From a virus (lineage: Duplodnaviria > Heunggongvirae > Uroviricota > Caudoviricetes): a DNA stretch of 12,520 bases. Under the pieces are notes generated by a model. It did not search any database and had not been told where the DNA came from. It was given only the letters and a program-made list of their open reading frames with translations. How positions within the stretch are numbered: position 1 is the stretch's first letter; each line of letters begins with the position of its first letter. The position numbers and the translations under genes are program-made. This document shows positions 7,524 to 12,520 of the stretch, piece by piece. The stretch lies in the IMG/VR virus record IMGVR_UViG_2565956600_000007; one strand, 5' to 3'.

Positions 7524-8435
7524 TCATCTCCTGGGAACCAGCGACCATTGTAGTAAAGTACCCGGTATGTACTCAGCTAGCTTCTCACATCGAGGACTAC
7601 TGTCATTAGAATTATAGCTATAACGAGCCCTTCCTGTTAGTATCAGAAGTGTCTCATTATCCTCACAACCTGCCCCAATAGGTCTCTTGATATCTTCAGA
7701 GCCATTTCCCCGTCCGGAACCAACAAAGCGGGATTCCCCTACTAACATAGCTCTTTCCACAGAAGATACTTCGTTTTGAATGCTATGACCATCACCATTA
7801 GGCACGAAACTTCTATAAATCCCCAATCCAAGGTCACAAACGATAAAAACGACTTTATTTTCATCACGATTGAACCAAGCGCACTGCCACCATCGTTTAC
7901 CTTTGAGAAGCTGAATATCTGACTCGAACCCCTCATCTTCATACGCATGATGAGAAACATTGAGCAAAGCTTCACTAATCGCTGTCAGCAGTAAGCCTAA
8001 CTGTTCATTATTAAGCAGAGCACTTTTCTGCAGCATGAGTACTGTTTCAACAATATGCTCGTAAGGTTCGACAGCTGACTGAAAGTATCGTTCCTCCCTC
8101 GTAAGTGCATTCAGTTTCTCTTCTGTGCCAGCAAGCAAAGCACGAGCAAGTCCAGTACCAACGATCCATCTATGCCCAGATGGGTTATCATCCTTTTTAG
8201 GCCATTTAAAACGTATAAAATTAGGGTCCCGGGTTAAAAATTGAGCTCTATTTACTATGGCAAAGAACAGTACCGATGCCGCAGCTGAGGCAAATTTTAC
8301 CTTGGACAAATCAACTATAACTCGACCTTTATTTTTTACTCCAATCGATTCAATCGAGTTGATGAAGTTCAATGTCCCAGCCCTAGAATCATCTGAGTAA
8401 ATGCAAAATTTGCTTGGGGGTACCAGTATGGTCAT
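7524..8435 (-). CDS. GHKL-type ATPase (HATPase_c-like, RsbW/SpoIIAB-like putative Ser kinase) with a roughly 140-aa N-terminal domain of unknown function, 303 aa
   Basis: Bergerat-fold motifs in the correct order and spacing: N-box EALLNVSHHA, G1 box VCDLGLGI, G2 box GSGRGNG. First gene of a tightly packed three-gene minus-strand operon with an AT-rich upstream region (8436-8583). Confidence 0.65.
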   Translation of the reverse strand: MTILVPPSKFCIYSDDSRAGTLNFINSIESIGVKNKGRVIVDLSKVKFASAAASVLFFAIVNRAQFLTRDPNFIRFKWPKKDDNPSGHRWIVGTGLARALLAGTEEKLNALTREERYFQSAVEPYEHIVETVLMLQKSALLNNEQLGLLLTAISEALLNVSHHAYEDEGFESDIQLLKGKRWWQCAWFNRDENKVVFIVCDLGLGIYRSFVPNGDGHSIQNEVSSVERAMLVGESRFVGSGRGNGSEDIKRPIGAGCEDNETLLILTGRARYSYNSNDSSPRCEKLAEYIPGTLLQWSLVPRR

Positions 8436-8583
8436 AGCGATGTCATTCTTATACGATGGATTTATAGATTATCTACTATTCATAGTTGGTTATGAAGACT
8501 GGGATATAACAGTAAAAGATACGTGTAAGATCCGCAAGATAGTTAATGTCGAAAAAAATCATTAATTACATCAAGTTAGTGAT

Positions 8584-8619
8584 ATTTGGACTCGGGTTCA
8601 ACTCCCGCCAGCTCCACCA
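8584..8619 (+). other. ssrA: tmRNA (ssrA) 3'-terminal segment (T-arm, acceptor 3' strand, CCA): att core or displaced ssrA end
   Basis: ATTTGGACTCGGGTTCAACTCCCGCCAGCTCCACCA closely matches the 3' end of enterobacterial tmRNA as I recall it (GGACGCGGGTTCAACTCCCGCCAGCTCCACCA). Sequence upstream of 8584 is unrelated to tmRNA, so this is only a fragment. Confidence 0.7.
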
Positions 8620-8666
8620 AAATTCTCCATCGGTGATTACCAGAGTCATCCGATGAAGTCCTAAGA

Positions 8667-8698
8667 GCCCGCACGGCGCAAGCCCTGCGGGCTTTTTT
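8667..8698 (+). terminator. Intrinsic terminator downstream of the ssrA 3' segment
   Basis: Stem GCCCGCA (8667-8673) / TGCGGGC (8686-8692), 12-nt loop, then TTTTTT (8693-8698). Confidence 0.7.
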
Positions 8699-8752
8699 GT
8701 GCCCTCAATTTGTCCCGCGAAGTCCGAAGAAAACTAATTAAATCCGATCCTT

Positions 8753-8806
8753 TTAGGCACCTTGTTAGGCACCTCATAAAGCTTTATTGTTTTTTGAGGT
8801 GCCTAA
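8753..8806. promoter_or_regulatory. Three copies of a 9-bp motif TTAGGCACC upstream of the P4-type integrase (candidate arm-type or regulatory sites)
   Basis: Direct copies at 8753-8761 and 8765-8773, and an inverted copy GGTGCCTAA at 8798-8806, 19 bp upstream of the int ATG. Confidence 0.4.
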
Positions 8807-8824
8807 AACTATGGAAACCCGGCA

Positions 8825-10066
8825 ATGGCAAGACAAACCAAACCTCTATCCGTTAAAGAAATAGAATCAGCCAAACCCAAGGAGGCGGACTACGTTCTCT
8901 ATGATGGCGATGGCCTTGAGCTACTCATTAAATCCAGCGGGAGTAAAATCTGGCAGTTTCGCTACATTCGCCCTGTCACCAAGAAACGAGCAAAGAAGAG
9001 CATAGGCTCCTACCCGTCAGTTACCCTTGCCGATGCCAGAAACTACCGTGCAGAGTCCCGCTCACTACTGGCTAAACAGATCGATCCGCAGGAACATCAG
9101 CAAGAACAATTGCGCAGTTCGCTGGAAGCCAAAACCAACACTTTCCAACTCGTAGCTGAACGTTGGTGGAATGTGAAGAAAGCCAGTGTGACAGAGGACT
9201 ATGCGGAAGATATCTGGCGCTCTCTTGAAAGAGACGTCTTTCCTGCGATTGGCGACGTTAGCGTTACAGATATTAAAGCTCATACACTGGTTCAGGCCGT
9301 ACAACCGGTTCAGGCCAGAGGAGCACTGGAAACTGTTCGTCGCCTGTGCCAACGTATTAATGAGGTCATGATCTATGCCCAGAACACAGGGCTGATTGAT
9401 GCTGTTCCCAGCGTTAATATCGGTAAAGCCTTCGAGAAGCCTCAGAAAAAGAACATGCCCAGCATTCGACCGGATCAGCTACCTCAGTTAATGCAGACGA
9501 TGCGAACAGCCAGCATTAGCCTTTCCACACGCTGCCTGTTCATGTGGCAACTTCTTACTATTACCCGCCCTGCCGAAGCGGCTGAAGCTCTCTGGGAAGA
9601 GGTAGACATAGAAGCGCGAGAGTGGAAGATTCCTGCAGCACGCATGAAAATGAACCGCGACCATACTGTTCCATTGTCAGATGAAGCAATTGCGATACTA
9701 GAGATGATGAAGCCGTTAAGTGGAAATCGAGAATTTATCTTTCCCAGCCGCATCAAGCCAAACCAGCCGATGAACAGTCAGACCGTAAACGCATCGCTAA
9801 AACGCGCAGGTTTTGGTGGGGTGCTCGTTTCACACGGCCTGCGATCTATCGCCAGTACAGCCCTTAATGAGCAGGGATTTCCACCTGATGTTATTGAGGC
9901 TGCACTTGCTCATGTGGATAAGAATGAGGTTCGTCGTGCGTATAACCGTAGTGATTATCTTGAGCAGCGACGGCCTATGATGCAGTGGTGGGCTGATTTT
10001 GTGATGGCTGCAGATCACGGTAGTATGATTGAAGGAGGGATAAAGGCAATGCGGTTAGTTGGATGA
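8825..10066 (+). CDS. intA: P4/CP4-57-type tyrosine integrase, 413 aa
   Basis: N-terminal arm-binding-like region (KPKEADYVLYDGDGLELLIKSSGSKIWQFRY). Catalytic R in TITRPAEA, H-x-x-R in HGLRSIAST, C-terminal Y in RRAYNRSDY. Lies about 200 bp downstream of the ssrA 3' segment in the same orientation, as for intA next to ssrA in E. coli K-12 (from memory). Confidence 0.9.
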   Translation: MARQTKPLSVKEIESAKPKEADYVLYDGDGLELLIKSSGSKIWQFRYIRPVTKKRAKKSIGSYPSVTLADARNYRAESRSLLAKQIDPQEHQQEQLRSSLEAKTNTFQLVAERWWNVKKASVTEDYAEDIWRSLERDVFPAIGDVSVTDIKAHTLVQAVQPVQARGALETVRRLCQRINEVMIYAQNTGLIDAVPSVNIGKAFEKPQKKNMPSIRPDQLPQLMQTMRTASISLSTRCLFMWQLLTITRPAEAAEALWEEVDIEAREWKIPAARMKMNRDHTVPLSDEAIAILEMMKPLSGNREFIFPSRIKPNQPMNSQTVNASLKRAGFGGVLVSHGLRSIASTALNEQGFPPDVIEAALAHVDKNEVRRAYNRSDYLEQRRPMMQWWADFVMAADHGSMIEGGIKAMRLVG

Positions 10067-10146
10067 CATGTCGTAGCTAAAACCCGTTCTGTTTTTGGGT
10101 AGATTAACCTGAAGGTCTGCAATTTTAAATGACGCTGAAAGAAGTT

Positions 10147-10172
10147 AAACCCTGCTCTTAAGCAGGGTTTTT
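10147..10172. terminator. Bidirectional intrinsic terminator between the convergent integrase and cargo operon
   Basis: Stem AAACCCTGCT (10147-10156) / AGCAGGGTTT (10161-10170), loop CTTA, flanked by T and A runs. Confidence 0.6.
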
Positions 10173-10204
10173 ATGATTTATTCTAATTTTGGTTTTGAAT
10201 CTTT

Positions 10205-11299
10205 CTATTTTAAATCAGCCTTTGCGGCTCGAATATCTGCGTTTTTTGCTGAGTATTCCCATTCGTCAGCGATTCTAAATAGCATTGCAGAAGTACGGAC
10301 GCAGTGGGGCATTGAATTTGCCCATTCTCGGTACTGCTCAGCTAATATCCTTTCTTGGTTTCCACCTTCGTAACGCATACGAGCAAATACCCCCCTTTTA
10401 TTGTACCTACCAATTTGTATACCTTGCTCTAACTCATCAGAAGATAATATTTCAATGATGTGCCGAATTGCTTCATGTGGCCAGGAATTATCTACTGAGC
10501 TATTAGGGGCATGTGCCAGAATTTTTCCTATTACATGATCAGTGATTTCTTGGCGATGATGCAATTTTGCTAAATGGCGTACATTCTCACACCAATCTTC
10601 AAGTTTATCTTGATCAATTTCATTGTCTATCTGCCCTGGTAGTATTCGTAATTTTTCAAGTAATCTGTATATAGAAGTAGCTCTTTTAACTTCCAACTCC
10701 GATGGTTCTGTTTGTTCATCTTCGTCACTACGATATACAATACATATTGCTTCTATAAAAACCTCTGGCTTTTTCATCATTAGACGATGCAGGATAAGTG
10801 GCTCATCGCTATCCGGAAAACAAGGCAAGTAGGTCATTTCTTTAAATGCCAAATCTGTTTCAGAAACATCGTTACGTTGTTTGAGTTCATCAAAAACTTT
10901 TTTTACATAGTACGATAGCATTGTATCAAATTGGATATCCTGGCTATTTATTTCTTTAACGACTATATCTAGAAGATATAAAAGTGTTGTAGATGGAATC
11001 TCAGAAAGGCGTTGATTTGCTGATATAATAGCAGCAAGACCCCGGCCCCTTTCTATATATTTATCCATAAGAACAAATAAATCCGAAGTTTTACCCATCA
11101 TTGCAATGGGTTGTTTTTGCAACCAATATTTTTCGTTGATGTTATCTTCAAACCCTTCAATAATGCTCCATATCTCTTGTGAGTCTCTTAACGATGCTAA
11201 GATTTTCCCAGCCCTATCAGGGGTAATTTTAAACTGTTTAAAATACACTTTTATTTTATTAAGCCATTCAGCACCAAAGCATTCAACACCATATTGCAT
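10205..11299 (-). CDS. Hypothetical protein (AT-rich, predicted largely helical), distal gene of a translationally coupled pair, about 364 aa
   Basis: ATG at 11297-11299 overlaps the upstream stop as TAATG. The six-frame TTG start at 11305 is less likely. No Walker A, nuclease or other motif recognisable by eye. Confidence 0.65.
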   Translation of the reverse strand: MQYGVECFGAEWLNKIKVYFKQFKITPDRAGKILASLRDSQEIWSIIEGFEDNINEKYWLQKQPIAMMGKTSDLFVLMDKYIERGRGLAAIISANQRLSEIPSTTLLYLLDIVVKEINSQDIQFDTMLSYYVKKVFDELKQRNDVSETDLAFKEMTYLPCFPDSDEPLILHRLMMKKPEVFIEAICIVYRSDEDEQTEPSELEVKRATSIYRLLEKLRILPGQIDNEIDQDKLEDWCENVRHLAKLHHRQEITDHVIGKILAHAPNSSVDNSWPHEAIRHIIEILSSDELEQGIQIGRYNKRGVFARMRYEGGNQERILAEQYREWANSMPHCVRTSAMLFRIADEWEYSAKNADIRAAKADLK

Positions 11300-12520
11300 T
11301 AACAACCCACAAACTTCATCAATATTTTTTTGTTGTTAATAAGCATTACAAACAAATCATTTAATTTTTCTTCATCCAACGAGAGTGCTGATATATGCCT
11401 TGCTGCAATAAAAACATTATTAACTTGTTGAAAAAGGTCTTTCACCCCAGACAAACCTAAAGTAAAGTATATTTCCCTAAGTTTTTCACTTCGCATTTCT
11501 TCGACAGAAGAAAAAATTCCGCCAGCATTTTCAATTGACTCTTCAATATCAGAATCCCAATCATTGAAAATCCATAAACTGGCTCTAACCATGTCAATTG
11601 GTTTATAATTATCAAGTATTTTCGCTATTTTTTCCATAGACTCAAATTTAAATGCCCAGTTCGCATCTGAATATTTTTTATGGCGAGAATACTCATGACG
11701 CAAAGCCTCCCATACGATGAACTGATCCTCTTCAGTTTGTTGAGAAAGGCAAAGTTCAAGATGAGAAAGTGTTTCATCTATTGCATTCTCAGGGAATGAG
11801 CTTAAATGAGAGATTAGGATTTCCCATCTTGTTGGGAGTATACCTGCAAGTTTAATTGCTTCTTGGATAATAAAGATTTGCCCCTCCCAAACAACGCCCC
11901 ACGTTAGTTTTTCTACATCTTTATCCGACTCTCTGAACTTCATTTTTTGGTTTTGATCAGAGGTATCATGGGAGCGAGGAAGGAGATTTTGTAACAAACT
12001 CCACCCAATACTAGGAACAATAGTGATAATTTTTTTTATAATTGCATTTCTAACTTTTACTGGTGCCCATGTATTAGGAGACCATGCCAGAAAAATGGTT
12101 CTTAAACTATTAAGAGGGCGATCTGAGTAAGTTCCTCCGGGATCTATTACAGCGAGTTTTGCAAGACAGATTGCAGCGCGTAATAGATATGTTTGTTCCC
12201 AAGCCAAGGCTTCCAATGCCCATTTTAATCCATGATAATGACTTCGAGGAGTTAACAGCCCTTTATCTTCATTGAATATTGGAGCAATCATTTCCCCATT
12301 GCCCTTAAGCAATTGCTCAAGGGCATCAAGGAAAGGGCCAGGGGCAGCTTCTGCCAGCAGCGGAAGTTGATCTCGCAAACTAACAAATAGTCGATGGTCG
12401 TTAGCAAGTCCCGGAATACTCTGAACTATTTTGTTAACAAAATCTTGGGGTGTCATACCAGTAACCCGGAATTCGGCCTGTTCATGTAATATGATCTTAC
12501 CCAGCAATAGTGGACACGCG
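11299..12520 (-). CDS. Hypothetical protein, 5'-partial (the reading frame is open to the window edge; more than 402 aa)
   Basis: The frame is open through 12508-12519 on the minus strand, so the true start is outside the window. AT-rich, with no recognisable catalytic motif. Confidence 0.65.
   Translation of the reverse strand, partial: ACPLLLGKIILHEQAEFRVTGMTPQDFVNKIVQSIPGLANDHRLFVSLRDQLPLLAEAAPGPFLDALEQLLKGNGEMIAPIFNEDKGLLTPRSHYHGLKWALEALAWEQTYLLRAAICLAKLAVIDPGGTYSDRPLNSLRTIFLAWSPNTWAPVKVRNAIIKKIITIVPSIGWSLLQNLLPRSHDTSDQNQKMKFRESDKDVEKLTWGVVWEGQIFIIQEAIKLAGILPTRWEILISHLSSFPENAIDETLSHLELCLSQQTEEDQFIVWEALRHEYSRHKKYSDANWAFKFESMEKIAKILDNYKPIDMVRASLWIFNDWDSDIEESIENAGGIFSSVEEMRSEKLREIYFTLGLSGVKDLFQQVNNVFIAARHISALSLDEEKLNDLFVMLINNKKILMKFVGC

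Larger units (their letters stand above)
1..8619. mobile_element. Lambdoid prophage, partial (immunity region through xis-int, cargo and att-proximal end)
   Basis: Gene order cII-like/cro, operators, cI, OL, early-left genes, xis, int, cargo, att-like ssrA segment is collinear with the lambda pL-side arm. The left boundary is outside the window. Confidence 0.6.
8620..12520. mobile_element. P4/CP4-57-like integrative element, partial (integrase plus adjacent cargo)
   Basis: P4-type integrase immediately downstream of the ssrA-like segment and terminator, followed by AT-rich cargo genes. The right boundary is outside the window. Confidence 0.5.

Noticed and set aside
7287-7975. ORFs 7287-7469 (+) and 7742-7975 (-) within the cargo operon.
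   Set aside because: Antisense or alternative-frame overlaps of the STAS-like and ATPase genes, with no start signals.
8436-8619. A complete tmRNA (ssrA) gene.
   Set aside because: Only the terminal roughly 36 nt match tmRNA. Sequence upstream of 8584 is an AT-rich promoter-like region unrelated to tmRNA, so this is an att core or remnant.
9065-10018. ORFs 9065-9352 (-), 9484-9756 (-) and 9830-10018 (-) inside the P4-type integrase.
   Set aside because: Antisense shadows of a well-supported integrase gene.
10173-11339. ORFs 10173-10373 (+), 10623-10832 (+) and 11106-11339 (+).
   Set aside because: Antisense to the AT-rich cargo genes, and the first spans the terminator.
10205-12520. The two cargo ORFs read as a single frameshifted pseudogene.
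   Set aside because: The TAATG stop/start overlap is a classic translational-coupling junction, which favours two intact genes. The A7 tract is kept as a low-interest finding rather than a pseudogene call.
1-12520. CRISPR arrays, IS elements or transposase genes, and rRNA or tRNA genes.
   Set aside because: No regularly spaced direct repeats, no transposase-like ORFs or terminal inverted repeats, and no cloverleaf or rRNA-like sequence beyond the tmRNA 3' fragment.

Overview
The window appears to span the junction of two integrative elements arranged in tandem at the tmRNA (ssrA) attachment site, both extending beyond the window. Positions 1-8619 look like one arm of a lambdoid prophage: a CII-like gene and cro on the minus strand, an operator region, a LexA-type cI repressor, a roughly 700 bp structured non-coding leader, three early genes resembling the YfdP/YfdQ/YfdR block of E. 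coli CPS-53, an AT-rich membrane-protein moron, overlapping xis and int, and a three-gene minus-strand cargo operon between int and the att site. Positions 8584-8698 carry a short copy of the ssrA 3' end with an intrinsic terminator, followed by a P4/CP4-57-type integrase and two AT-rich, translationally coupled genes of unknown function that run off the right edge. The two best candidates for an undescribed system are the cargo operon at 6565-8435 (GHKL-type ATPase, STAS-like protein, membrane-anchored protein) and the gene pair at 10205-12520. All family assignments are from reading the translations by eye and from memory; no searches were run.
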